Assembly: GCA_028023455.1 (NCBI GenBank)
Contig: JAQFVV010000009.1
Span: 17,112,001-17,176,000 of the forward strand
Direction: 5' to 3'
Length of the DNA: 64,000 bases
DNA from: Epiperipatus broadwayi
Taxonomy: Eukaryota > Animalia > Onychophora
In this document: piece after piece, positions 1-13,900 of the stretch
How positions within the stretch are numbered: position 1 is the first letter of the stretch
Layout of the letters: every line of letters begins with the position of its first letter
Position numbers and translations under genes: made by a program
The notes under the pieces: model-generated
Told to the model about the DNA's origin: nothing
Seen by the model: only the letters and a program-made list of their open reading frames with translations
The model's database searches: none

Positions 1-1679
1 ATTAAAAATGATGATATGCAGAACAGCAGAATTAAGCAAACTGCAAGTAACTTATATATTCTAATTTGCATTGCAATAATTATCTAACAATATGCAAATT
101 AGTAGGGTTATTCAAAATGCCTGCAGAACTTCTAATGGGGTGAAAAAAAGCAGACTAGTGATATTAGTAGAGCAGAATGAAAATAATTTAATGTGTGCAA
201 TGCAAAAGGTACAGTTGCAGATCAGATAGTGCAGAAGAAAAGAGATACAGTCAAATCTAATTGGACTGACTAAAAAATGTGAATGCTTATCAAAATTGCT
301 AGGGAAAACTAATGTAGAAAGTTATGAAAGTAAAGTGATAACTTCGAATAAAGCAAGTAGATATTAAAAGAAGTTTTAATAAAATGTGAAAATAAAATCT
401 AAATCTATTATGAATTGTTCAGTGATTAATATTATTTGTTTGTTATGGAGTTTGACCAGCCAGGTGCCAATTGGATCTACTAATCTATTACCAACTTACT
501 CATTATTCTGAGTAAATAATTCATTGTTAAATTATTAAAACTTTAGGTTTGTTTAATTTATAATTAATAAATATGCGACTGCTGAGATTATAATCTGGCA
601 CCGTAAGTGCTAAAATTAAAATGTACTGTATCAAAATTAATAATACTTATAGAACATAAACAATCCATAATTCTTATAGAACACAAGTTTCATCAAGCCT
701 AAATTAATTGTCAGTTTTATAAACTATGCTAGAATACAAAAAATATCTCACTCTTTATATCAATACAGCAATATTAAGTTGTTTACAACTATTTTATGAA
801 ACTAAATGAAACACACTAAATAAAACCTCTGAATTCAATTTGAACAGAGACTTTTAATTACTTATATATATGTAATGCAACAGAATATTTGTACATAAAT
901 ATATTTTTATTATAAATTAAATTATTTGTATAACTTTGTAATTACCTTTCTAATGCAATCTGAATTATTTAGAGAAAATTTGTTCAAAAATAATAAATAA
1001 TCCATAGCTATTCTTAATCCACATTCTTTTTTTTCTTTTTTACAAATCTTGTTTTATTTCACCGAATTCATAAATATAAATAAATTATTCTATTATTTTT
1101 TTACATTTCAAGTATTTTTATATTATCATTGTCAAGATAGTTATAACTTTTCTTTATTTTAATTACATTTTTATGTTAAATTAAAAAGAGAAAAGATGTA
1201 AATATCATGACAGCTTTCATACTACCATAATGTTTATTAAGAGAATGAGGGTTTTGAACTACAGCATGGGCAATAAAGCTAACAGATAAGCCTTAGCGAT
1301 CCAATGAGAAATTGGATTATTTTATGATATAAACAAAATATACCATGCTTTAAATTTAATATTAGTGTGCTTCAATTGTTGATTACAAATAGTCTAAATG
1401 CAAGTGTAAAAATTATACATAATTTATTATCTATTACAAATATGAATCATAGTTAATCATTAAAATGATTCTAAAATGGTGCTTATCTAAAATGTTTAAT
1501 ATTGTATGATTTGCATCTGCAAGAATTCTAAATGTTTCCTTCTCTATTCATCAAATAATATAATACTTATATATATAACTCATTATAATCGAGTACTATG
1601 AAAAGGTAATGTTGAAGTTCAAAAATTTTGTAATGCACTAAGCATACTTTCAGCAGATTACTGCCGTAATTACATAAAT

Positions 1680-4600
1680 TAATGGTACATAAATTACCTC
1701 AGATGACAGCAACTAAAAAGCATTCCATCAAAACTAGTAAAAGTATAAATAGAGCAAAAATTGAATGCAAGGGAGTTCAATGTCTTACTTGAAAAGCAAT
1801 GGCCAAATTACTCCATGCCGGTCGAAGTTTTAATTCAATGTGCATACAGTAGAGGAAAAATTCACGTTTCCCGTTCATTCTAATACAAATTCCCGCAAAG
1901 ATATCACCCTGGACCTGTCAATCTATGAACTATGTTTGCTTGAAAACTAAATAATGGAAATGCTACCTGCCTGACAAAAAAGAGATTAACTAGATCTAGT
2001 AAACATATGAATTACCTAAGGAAACCTTATGGATGCTTCAATCAAGTGAGGATCGCTAATTAATAACTATGGTAGTAAAACCATGCCGTTATAAAAGGTT
2101 TATCAACTTTCTTATAATAATCTAAACCTTAGTCTAATTGCCCTATGTAAAAAAAATCATAAATATAATTACTTCTTTTTTAGCCGATCTTGAGATCAGT
2201 GATTAATTTTCAATATTTGCATTTTTCTTTCTTTTTAAATTTCTACTCGACTCTATATAAAACTCTTATTACAATATTTCTCCTATCATTAAGCCTCAGT
2301 AATATAATCTTTTTTTTATTTTGTTTGGCAACAGTATTTTATTATTACTCTTTATTATTATGTTTTACATTTTAATTGAATTAATATGCCAATAACCTCC
2401 CTCAGTTTTTTACCTCCCCCTCTTTTTCGAAAGGGAGGCTAATTAATCATAAGTTAAAAATATATTTTGTTCTTATTTTACTGTGGACACTTGCCAGATT
2501 GAAAAAAACCTTGTTAATCATGTTTTCAATATTATAATAATGGTAGAGTGGAAATCTGTCTTCCAATTAAATAACTTTATGAAATTTATTTTACCAATTA
2601 GAAAAATTAATAGCTCTAAGTTTAAAATCATGAATGTATTAATATGAAATTAAATGATTATGTTTTCTTTATCAATTAAATCTGTGACCACCGCCCACTA
2701 TTTGTATATGAGTTTTATTATCTTCTAAGTTATTAATGCGCACTTATAATCGCAAATTTGTATTTTCTCTAATGTTTGTGGGAAGTTACTATGACAGATA
2801 ATAAATAGGGGAAAGGGATCTCAATTCAATTTAGGTCAGATTCTTAGCCATGTAAATTAAATTATACAATGTTGTTCAGTACTTTGGTCGACCTAGATAT
2901 TTCAAAATATATTGGTATTAGTTCAAATAACTTTGATTTATAATTTTATAATATCATTCCAAGTGTTGTCAGCATAAGGCTTCTCGCTTCATTCAAATTC
3001 GCTGTATCCTACCGGGCATGTCGGAAAACCAAGCTCCATCTCTTTGTATTCTGATCCTTGAACAAAGGCATGATTCACCCCTGGGACTATTTTTCCCTTC
3101 CCTGCATGTCATAGCTCTGAATGGGATGAGTCCAGGATAACTGGCCCATCGCATCTCCCACCAGGTCACTCCCGACAAATGAACTGATTCTGCTAGAGAT
3201 GCAGAAAGAAAATTGGTCTATATTCTAAAAATAAAAAAGATGAAGCACTTCTTCAGATAAATAGACTGGATCATAAATAAAGTTGTCATCATACTCGCAC
3301 CACTGTTAATTACTAATCTAAATAAAAGCCTATAAATATCTATTACCCATAATGTTGTGACCTTACTGAACATGTCTTTCTAAATTGTTAATATTCTTGG
3401 GTGTACACTATTCTGCAATACCATTTATGTATCTCAAAAAATGAACTCTCCCACATACGTTTATGGCTCAGTATAAGCAGGGTAAATTTATTTTCATTTT
3501 ATTAAAGTCAACAGCAATTCTGTAATCTTGTAATAAAACCATAAGACATTTACTGGTTGAAAGTCAATCAAGTGTTGCTATTTATCACTAGGGGGTTTGT
3601 TAAAGAATCTTAGTTGTAACTTATATTATAGCACTAATGGGGTCATATTCGCATTATTTAATCAATTTGTTATTAGCCTATCAATCTGCCCGCATCAAAG
3701 TAACACTTTAATGAATATATATGTATGATTTACCAATGTGTAAAATAAAGTTCTCTGTCTATTAACAAACTGAAAAAGGAAGCTAATGAGGAAATCGGAA
3801 AATTACTGTATAAATATTAAGAATCATTTTGTTTATAATCATGTTGATTAAAATATATATATAACTCAAGCAGTTGTATCATTTAATCAATCCGTTATTA
3901 GCCTATCAATCTGCCCGCATCAAAGTAACACTTTAATGAATATATATGTACGATTTACCAAAGTGTAAAATAAAGTTCTCTGTCTATTAACAAACTGAAA
4001 AAGGGGGCTAATGAGGAAACCGGAAAATTACTGTATAAATATTAAGAATCATTTTGTTTATAATCATGTTGATTAAAATATATATATAACTCAAACAGTT
4101 GTATCAAATCATTCATTATTTATCAAATACTATTATATTTAAGTATGCGAACTATGTTGACTATGATTACATGATAAGATCTTGCTAGTATTTATATGTT
4201 AACCCTATCATATTTAGCTATTTCTGATGTTTTTCTTTATCTCACACGTAAACGTGTCTCACATGTTTATGTAAAATATATGATAAAATGATTATTACTT
4301 ATCAGAAAGTAACAAATTTAACTTCATTTGATAGATATTCTTGTTTACTACTGAAATAAATTTTAAATGTTCATGTTTTGTTTCTGTAAATATTAAAAAA
4401 ATGAAAATGTAATCAAAACAAAGACTTTATATGTCATCGTTTCTAGAAAAATTACTTTCAGTTTATGTTAACGTAAAATATATGATAAAATAATTATAAC
4501 TTATCAGAAATTAACAAATTTGACTTCCTTTGATAGATACTGTTTACTACTGAAATAAATTTTAAATGTTCACATTATACTTCTGTAAATATTAAAAAAA

Positions 4601-5580
4601 ATGACTGTAATCAAAACAAAGACTTATACATCATTGTTTCTAGAAAGATTATTTTCAGTTTATAACATCAACGAAATCTTCTTTGTTTCTGAATATTTTT
4701 AAAAACTTGAATGAACAACTATTTATTTCTCTAATATCTAACGAATTATGTTTTAAAAGTTTAAATTTTTTAAATATTTATTGCAAAATTGTGATTATTT
4801 TCTTCCTCGTAAATATAAGTAGACTCTTTACATCATAGCAAGTCTCCAAATTTGCTTCAGGCCATATTTATGTTAGCTGCTAATATAATGTTATATTTTT
4901 GAAAATAAAGTATTTCAAGTTAAAATAAGTTATTAATAATTTATATTTGTTGATAGTGTAAATTATTTTTTAAAAAAAATCTAAACGCATAATAAATTGC
5001 AAATAAATATGTTTTTGCATCATTGGAAATTTCAATGTCATAAAACGCCGAACATTTTACAGCCTTGGTAATACATAATGGCTGATCATGTCAGGGTGGG
5101 GTTTATGTCTATTGTTAGAGTGAGAATTTTGAATTTCGCATTTTTTTTGTAGAAAATTCAGGCAAAAAATTTACTATAATAAAATATACCGTTTTACACA
5201 CATTTTCACATATAATACTTATAGAATAATTCACCAGGGGAAATTGGCCAAAAGACATTTCTCTGGCATTTGAAGTATAAGTGGGTTAAGCAATGTGAAA
5301 GCTCATGATCTTTTAAATATGTTAATTTGTGTGATTATGAGTATGCTAATGGCTTCACCATGTCAGTTTCTAAATAGTTTCCTTGCTTCTCTGCTGTGTC
5401 TCTGGTCCTGAAAGATAAAAACAGATCAGGTATCATCAAAATTGTTGTTCATAAGTTGGTAGATCTGGAGAACAAGCAAACAGGGTGGAGTTCATAAGTG
5501 CTCCAGATATATGTATCTTGAACATGATTGGACTAGAGGTACTAGGTCTCGTTACACGAACATACAAAACCGATTGGTAG
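1680..5580 (-). repeat. Diverged ~3-4 kb repeat, copy A (paralogue at 10970-14835); possibly a decayed retroelement
   Basis: 1681-2560 matches 10971-12385, 2570-4200 matches 13140-14530, 5286-5580 matches 14527-14835. Minus-strand translations give only weak motifs (KREGLCWQCLE; YIHDF resembling YxDD). Contains a ~228-bp tandem duplication at 3661-4105. Confidence 0.75.
4203..5285. mobile_element. piggyBac-like non-autonomous element in a TTAA site
   Basis: TTAA at 4199-4202 and 5286-5289; ends CCC...GGG with imperfect TIRs (CCCTATCATATTT / CCCACTTATACTT). The paralogue shows the empty site tatatgTTAAgcaatgtgaaag at 14521-14542. Confidence 0.75.
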
Positions 5581-6439
5581 ATTTTTCCCCAGGTTTGGTG
5601 CCCAACAAGGGGCTTGTTAATTATTCCTACACTCTCAATAGGCTGTTAGCATATATGTATAATTTTTTCTGCATTTAAGCCTATGCTCCAAATAATAATG
5701 AATTTTATTATAAAGCTGACCCCACAGTACAGCCTCAACAAGTGAAAAGTGATATGTATAATCTTGCATAGAGTTGTAAAAGCATATCATCTAGACAGTT
5801 ATAATATAAATGAATTAAAAACCCATAAAGTAGTGTAATAACAATCATACCCCATTGGCATGATGCTCAGAAATAAAAAAATTTCCAACAGGTGATGGAT
5901 TGAATAAGAAAAAATTACCAAGAACAATGATCCGAACTTAAAAAAGTGAGTAATATAGTCACTCCCAAGATACTATTATATCATTATGTACTCGTGTTAT
6001 TAAATGATAGTCTACAAATAAAGGAATTTATAAGTATGTTTCAGATGTGGAGGAACAACCAAAGCAAAAGATCTGAAAGTGAAAGAAAGATTGTTTAAAA
6101 ACAGTAGAAATTTATATTTTGATATAAGATTTAGAGTAAATATTTTAGTGATAGGAAATGATACTAAAAAAATATAAAAGTAGTCAGGGCAGGGTAGAAT
6201 AAAACAAAAATAAACAAGCAGAGACAGGGTTTATGGGAATGGAGGAGTATGGTAAGAAGTGGGATATAACTGAAATAATGGGGGGAGGTGTATGACTCCA
6301 GTAATAAAGAATAAAAGATAGAGGAATTACATTTTTTTTATCTTTCAAAAATAAAAGTAGAATGCATCACCAGAAAATGGAAAATAAGGATGGTAGGAAC
6401 CATGAAAGAATAAAAATAAAACAGAGCAGAATCAAAATG

Positions 6440-7480
6440 ACAACAGCAGCATGAGATGCATCTGAGAAGCACTAAGGGAAATAAACTATCTGGAAACACC
6501 TAGCCCAGAAAGTCATCAAGGAACCGAGAAAGCTATTGTATAACTTAGAGTTGGGACTGAAAGTAGCAGAAATAGATCAGACACTGATAGCAATAATGCA
6601 CAGCATGAAACAGAATTTACTCAAAGAAATGAAGCAGGAATTAAGAAAACATGAGTGAAGAGGCAAAGAAGAAAGCAAAATTGGTGATAGAAAAAGCAAT
6701 AAAGTTTGTGAGAAGGGATAGAAAAAATAAAAACTGACTGAGAACTTACAAATAGTAGCAGAGAAGAAATAACAAGGAATAATAAAACCCATGAAGTCTG
6801 GTGACCTATGCAAGGACTGCAGCTCAAAAAAAATGAGAATATGCAAAGAAAAGATTCACAAATCAATAAAGATAACAAAAGAGCAAACAGCTGCCAAGAT
6901 CATGAAAAGCCCAGGCTAGCCAAACAATCAGGGTGGACCATCTAATATTGTACCCTTTGTGCAAGTACAACTTTTTCATGGTGAACCAGGAGAAAAATCC
7001 GCAGGAGCATCTGGAAAGTTTAAAAGATTTCTTTTTCATCTATCCATCTAACCATGATGAACAGATGGAAATCAAGAGTCATTACCTGAAAAAGACTACC
7101 CGGTAGCATTTGTTCAAAAGAAAACCAAATACCTTCAGAGATTACCAAGTAGCAATAATAAAGCATTATTGGAACGAGGACAGACAGGAAGGAATCCTTC
7201 ATCTTCTGATTACTGAAAAAGACAAAGAAAATGGCAGAAAAACTTATATGCAATTCTTCCTTGCCAGGTGGCCAGATGTGAGCACTGGCAGTGTTTTCAT
7301 ACTCAAATGCTCACCTTATCAGAATTTTCAGGTACAATATACTCCCAGGGCTGCAGAAAATGTTACGGAATTGAACTATCAACATAGAAGAAAAGACTCA
7401 TTTCCTTACCTCAGTAGATTATGAGCATCTTGCCCTGGAGCCATTTGAAAGAACATGAAGACCTGATGTACCTCCACATT
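6440..7480 (+). pseudogene. Ty3/Gypsy-type gag relic
   Basis: Frameshifted FHGEPGE..PQEHLESLKDFF (~6975-7040) runs into ORF 7110-7424 (...FRDYQVAIIKHYWNEDRQEGILHLL...), resembling a retrotransposon gag domain. Confidence 0.5.
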
Positions 7481-8529
7481 GAGGAAAAAATGCTGGTAAC
7501 AATGAACAGACAGTATTCACAAAAAAAAGCAAAAATAATTTTTGAGATTCAATCATGTTAGGTGATGATAATATGTAAAGAGAGAAGGGTAGTTAAAAAT
7601 TTTCTTTAGAACAGTCAGGGTATTTTTATTGATGCGTTTGCTCAATATATCAATAATTCAGAGTAGAGAAGCATTCAAGCATCAAATCGATAATGTCAGT
7701 CAGACACTTGATCCTATAGACATGCAGCCTCATTTCAAATCTGGTCGTTCTTTTGTCACCAAAGCATGAAGTAGAAAATTTTTTTTAAAACATTTTTTTT
7801 GTTAAGCTGGGAAAAATGAAACAGTCAATTTGAAAGTAAGATTGTGATTCATAGCTCCATCTCACCTTCCACCACCAGACCAAATTCAACCGCATCTGCT
7901 ATGCAAATATATGCACTTATCTTGCTGAAAATTTTTTACTCTAAAAAAATAACCTTGATGGAGGTATCTATGGATATCTCACATAAATAAATGCTTGCTT
8001 TCTATTCTATCATGTCAACTACATGATAGCACTATTTTTAGGTCAATTCCTAGAAATATGTCATTTCAGCAGGTTTCTTTCTATGATGAAACAGAGTCCT
8101 GGTGCATCAACCAACAAAGAGGCCTCTTCCTATGATAAAAGTGTTACTGATACCTGCCGATTATGCCTTTTTTCTATGCTCAATGCAAAGACAAATGCCT
8201 TTATTGGCTGCCGTAGTTGGTTGTGTTATTCACTTTATCATAATAGTACAATGTCTATTTTCTCTATAGTTTCGTGCGAGAATGTGTGTATTTGAGCCAG
8301 TCATAATTTTTTAAAATTTGATTAGATAGGTATTTTTTTTCAAGTAGTTTAACCTACTGTAATATTGTAACTTTATTAACAATGTCATGAAGATTCCATT
8401 ATGCATGTGTAATGCTCAAAAATTATTTTTAAGGTTGTGGCACAGCAGTATTTCGACAGTCACATGAAAAGTAACATTATCATGAGAATTTGCCACTGTC
8501 AATTTAAGATGTCTACCTCAAACTCCGAG

Positions 8530-9378
8530 TATTTGAAGCTGTGGCAATTGCCATAAACTGAAGCCAGCGCTGTGGCATTTTTACAAGGTAACAATATCCT
8601 GCTGAAACAAAAGATATGTTTGTGCAGTGAGGCAATGCGAATGGAGGTTCATAAAGATATGTGGACTTTTATATGTAAGTCACATTGTTGTCAACGAAAG
8701 TGTTCTATTCATAAAGGTAGATGGTTTGAAGGATTCCAAATACCCTTCATAAAATCTTTAGTTGCTTCATTATAGGAGCTGTGAAGAGCTGACTGTAGAG
8801 CATGCTATAAAAGTTCTGGAAATGTGTCAAGGTGCCTTTGTCAGGTGGAAGGATGCTCTTTGTGAGCTGTCAGGAAAGTCTTTTGTCGAGAGCATGTAGT
8901 CAAATTGGAGGCGCAGGAATGATGGTTGAGGTTGATGAAACCCTTTTCAGTCATCGGAAGAACCACCAGGGCAGAATGCTTCAATAGGTTTTTGGAGGGT
9001 TGTGCTGAGAGACTAGTGAATGTTTTGCCATAGTGATTCCATCATGATGTGCCGTCACCTTGATGCAGGCCATACATGACAATGTCAAGCCTGGAGCCAC
9101 TATCTACTCTGACTGCTGGAAGGATTACAAAACATCTGATGTAGAGGCTGCAGGATTTAAACATTTGTGTTAACCACTGCTACAACTATATGGACCCTAA
9201 TACAGCGTGCATACCCAAACAGCTTTTTGGGGGCTGTCTAAAGTCCCAGAACAGAAAACAGTGTGGGACACATAGACAATGCATGGACGATTTCTTGTGC
9301 GAGTTCCTGTGGCGACGTCTTCACAAAAGTGATCTTTTCTGTGTGATCTTGTGTGAGATGCAACTAATTACAAAGTAG
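8530..9378 (+). pseudogene. ISXO2-like (Merlin) DDE transposase pseudogene
   Basis: Motifs VEVDETLFSHRK..GR, VFGG, KPGATIYSDCWKDY, VNHCYNYMDPNT and DDFLCEFLWRR; several stops and frameshifts. Confidence 0.85.
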
Positions 9379-9739
9379 TTTATGGCTGTTTTGTTTTTAT
9401 TTTCTTAGAGTTCAATAACCAGTTATAGTGTTTCTTTTGTTATTGATGTTTTTGTGCTCATACATGTTTTTGTAAAAGTTTATCGCCACGAAAAATGTCG
9501 GAAAATGTTGTTGGGGGTGTTTGTTGAATTTGATCAAGAAAGAAAAACATCTAGGTAAGTTTTGTTATTTGTATATTAACTATTGATTTCTTTATTCATT
9601 TAGGGATATATTTTATCCAAATGTTTTACTATTTAATACAAACAGCAAGTTTTTCCCTGCATTAGTTGTCTTTAACGTGAACTACCAAAAATGTATAATA
9701 ACAGATTATTTTCTATTAAAATAATGACGTTACTTTTTA

Positions 9740-10345
9740 GATATACACACAAACAAAAACAACCCAGTTTCTGAGTATTAATTGCTGTCAAAAAAAAGCA
9801 AATTAGTCAGATAATAAATTTAAATTTAGATTACTTTTAATAGACTCACATAAACAAAAACAACCAAGTTTCTGATTAATTATTGTCAAAAAAAAAAAGA
9901 AAATTAGTCAGGTATCATTTTTAAATTTAGTATTTAAATAATGTTACTTTTTATATATACCCACTAACAAAAATAACCCAGTTTCTGATTAATTAATGTC
10001 AAAAAAAGGGGGGGAAATTAATTGGGTATCATTTTGAAATTTAGTGTGAATTTATACATTTTGTGTACATTGAAAAATATAGAATTGCATATTATTTTCA
10101 ATTTAAAAAATACGGTAAACTTTGGAGACACACATACAAACAAAAACAACCCATTTTATGATTAATTACTGTCCAAAAACCGTAAATTATTATTATTTAG
10201 CAATGTATACATTTTGTGTACATTGAAAAATATATAATTGCGTATTATTTTGTATTAAAAAAATACCGTAACTTTGGAGCCACACGCACAAACAAAAACA
10301 ACCCATCTTATAATTAATTACCGTCAAAAAACGTAAATTATTATT
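9740..10345 (+). repeat. Subterminal tandem repeats in the Merlin element (~100-170 bp, 5 units)
   Basis: acaaacaaaaacaaccc...attaatt.ctgtcaaaaaa recurs near 9745, 9846, 9960, 10130 and 10284. Confidence 0.75.
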
Positions 10346-10969
10346 ATTTAGTGTGACTTTTTAAATTTTATTTAAAGTCATATTATTTACTATTAGTTAC
10401 TATAATTTTCTATTACAAAATTAAAGCCGATATTTGTATAGAATCACAGGCCCAGAATCGTAATATTATGTGTTTTTGGTTAGCATCAATACCATCAAAG
10501 GGCTGACACGATAGAATAGAAAACTACCATAAATAATAATAATAATAGTATTAATATACTCAAGAGTCATTTATGTGCATAAATGACATGTATATATAAT
10601 AGGTGATGGGAGGTGATATATAAACTAACAGTTGTTTCAATTTAGTATGTATTATACCATGTATTAAAAATATTAATATTATTTATTTTTTTATAATGGT
10701 GGTCAGAAGAGCTGATGCAATTCTATTGAATATTCTCGAATGCAATTAGAATAATCAGTACCAAAATCCATTAGTCAAATTAAAAAAATTGTATGATTTT
10801 CATAAATACTAATATAACACCCACTAATGAAAACTTCACTATTTTAAAGTTGGTTTTAAAATCTAAGACTATATTTTGAAACAATCCATCGAGAAATTCT
10901 CAGCCGGTGTGTATTATTTTTCTGACTAACAAAACAAAAAGCGGCATCTGGTTAGTAATTACACAGGTT

Positions 10970-13900
10970 AATGGTTTGTAAATTACCTCAGGTTATAGCA
11001 ACTAAAAAGCATCAAAACTAGTAAAAGTATAAATAGGGCAAAAATTGAATGCAGGGATGCAGTGTCTTACTTAAAAAGCAATGGCAACTTACTCCATGTT
11101 GGTCGAAGTTTTAATCCAATGTGCTTCAGTAAGAGGGAAAATCAACCTTTCCCGTTCATTTCAATGCTGTCTCCTGCAAAAATTTCATCCTAGACTTGTC
11201 AACCTATGAACTGTTGCTATGCTTGAAAACTAAATAATGGTAATGCTACCTTCCTGGCAAAGAAAAGATAACTAGATCTAGTACTCGTATGAATTACCTA
11301 AGAAAACCTTACAGCTGCTTCAATCGAGGACCATCAGTTAATAACTAAGGTAATAAAACCATGCCGCCATCAAGATTTATCAACTTCCTTATAATAATCT
11401 AAACCTTAGTCTAACTGCTCTATGTAAAGAATTCGTAAATGTAATTATTTTTATTTAGCCAACCTTGAGATCAGTAATCAATTTTCAATATTTGTATTTT
11501 CTTTCTTTTTAAATTTGTACCCGACTCTATATAAAACTCTTATTACAATATTTTTTCTATCATTAAGCCTCAGTAATGTAATTTTTTTGTATTTGGTGCA
11601 GCAACAGTATTTTATTATTACTATTTGTTGATTATTATGTTTTATATTTTAATTGAATTAATATACCGATAACCTCCCAAACTTGCAAATACGTTCGCTT
11701 TTTCTTAACTCCCCTTCAATGCTGTATCCTGCAAAAATATCATCCTGGATCTGTCAACCTATGAACTGTTACTATGCTTGAAAACTAAATAATGCAAATG
11801 CTACCTGCATGGCAAAGAAAAGATAACTAGATCTAGTATGCATATGAATTACCTAAGGAAACCTTATGGCTGCTTCAATCGAGGACCATCAGTTAATCAC
11901 TAAGGTCATAAAACCATGCCGCCGTCAAGGTTTATCAACTTTCTTATAATAATCTAAACCTTAGTCTAACTGCTCTATGTAAAGAATTCGTAAAACTAAT
12001 TATTTTTATTTAGCCGATCTTGAGATCAGAAATCAATTTTCAATAATATTTGTATTTTCTTTCTTTTTAAATTTGTACCCGACTCTCTATAAAACTCCTA
12101 TTACAATATTTCTCCTATCATTAAGCCTCAGTAATGTAATCTTTTTTATTTGGTGCAGCAACAGTATTTTATTATTACTATTTGTTGATTATTTTATATT
12201 TTAAGTGAATTAATATACCGATAACCTCCCAAACTTGCAAATACGTTTGCTTTTTCTTAACCCCCCTCTTTTTCAAAGGGAGGCTAATTAATCAGAAGTT
12301 AAAAATATATTTTGTTAAACCTTGTTAATTGTGTTTTCAATATTATAATAATGACAAAGCGAAAATCTGTCTTCCAATTAAATAGAGATGGGGGTTTAAA
12401 AACAATCTTAGCATAAGAAAATAAATATAAAAAAGGGTAAAAAATTAAAAGTGAAAACTAATAAAAGATAAAATAAATAAGTAGTTTGTATAATAGATAA
12501 TAGAGGGAGCTGTATATAAATATAAAAAAAGGAAAAGGAAGTAGGAAAAATGATGAGATAACGAAACTGGTGGAGGAAAGAAAGAAAAAGTAGAGAATAA
12601 GGTAAAAAATAAAAATATATATAAAAATAATTTTATAAAAATTAAGTAAATGAAAGAAGCAGGAATAAAATATGGATAAAAAAAAAATTAAAAAATGGAA
12701 TAAGATAATAAAAAAAATTAAGATATGTAGAAATAAGTGAAATGAAAAATAAGGTTAAATATATGAATATAGTAATATAAGAAAGATTTCTTAAATATTA
12801 CAATGAATTTCTAAAATTATGGCAAAGGTAAAATGTGAATAAATATAAATATGATAATAATTAAAAATAAAATAAATAAGAAAAATAATGGATAAAATAG
12901 AATTAAAAAGTTAAAAGTTATAGAATAGTCTGTTTAATAAATAAAGTGATTTTAATAATTAAATTGATAAAATTTATGATTATAAAAGATATATATATAT
13001 ATGAAATATGGTTGTATTGATATATTGTTTAAATTTTATGGACCTGATGAAGATTGCTAGGAACAGTCGATACTATAGAGAATAAATAAATATATTTTGC
13101 TTTAAAGTGTAAGAAGAGTGAAATGTTATTATATGTTAATTAAATAGCTTTATGAAATTTATTTTATCAATTAAAAAAATTAATAGTGCTAAGCTTAAAA
13201 TCATGAATATATTGATATGAAATTAAATGATTATGTTTATTCTCAATTAAATCTCAGTGACCACTGCCCACTATTTGTATATGAGTTGCATTATCTTCTA
13301 AGTTATTAATGCACACTTATGATCACAAATTTGTATTTTCTCTAACATTTGTGAGAAGTTGCTACGACAGTTAATAAATAGTGGAAGGGGATCTCAATTT
13401 GATTTAGGTCAATTCTCCACCATATAAATTAAATTATACAAAGCTGTTCAGTGATTCGGCCATACCATTACACAAGATATTCCAAAATATATAAGTATTA
13501 GTTCAAATAACTTTGATTTATAATTTTCTATTATCGTTCCAAGCATTGCCAGCATAGGCCTTCTCGCTTCCTTCAAATTCACTTTATCCCATCGGGCATG
13601 TTGGAAAAACGAACATGGGCATGATTGACCCTTGGGATTATTTTTCCCTGCATGTGGTAGCTCTGCATGGGATGATTCCGGGATAACCAGCCCATCGCAT
13701 CTCCCACTGGGTCAGTCTCATCAAATGAACTGATTCTGCTACAGTTGAGAAAGAAAATCAGTCTATACTTCTAAAAATAAAAAGAAAGAAGCATTTTTTC
13801 AGATCTGCAGATTGGATCACAAATAAAATTGCTGTCATGCTCGCGCCACTGTTAATTAATAGTCTAAATAAAAGCCTATGAATATCTATTAGCCATAATG

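Larger units (their letters stand above)
7993..10528 (+). mobile_element. Merlin (IS1595/ISXO2-like) DNA transposon, decayed
   Basis: Imperfect ~28-bp TIRs (7993-8020 gcttgctttctattctatcatgtcaact; 10500-10528, reverse complement ggtagttttctattctatcgtgtcagccc); ataaataa at 7983-7990 and 10529-10536 as approximate TSD; ISXO2-type transposase remnant inside. Confidence 0.75.
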
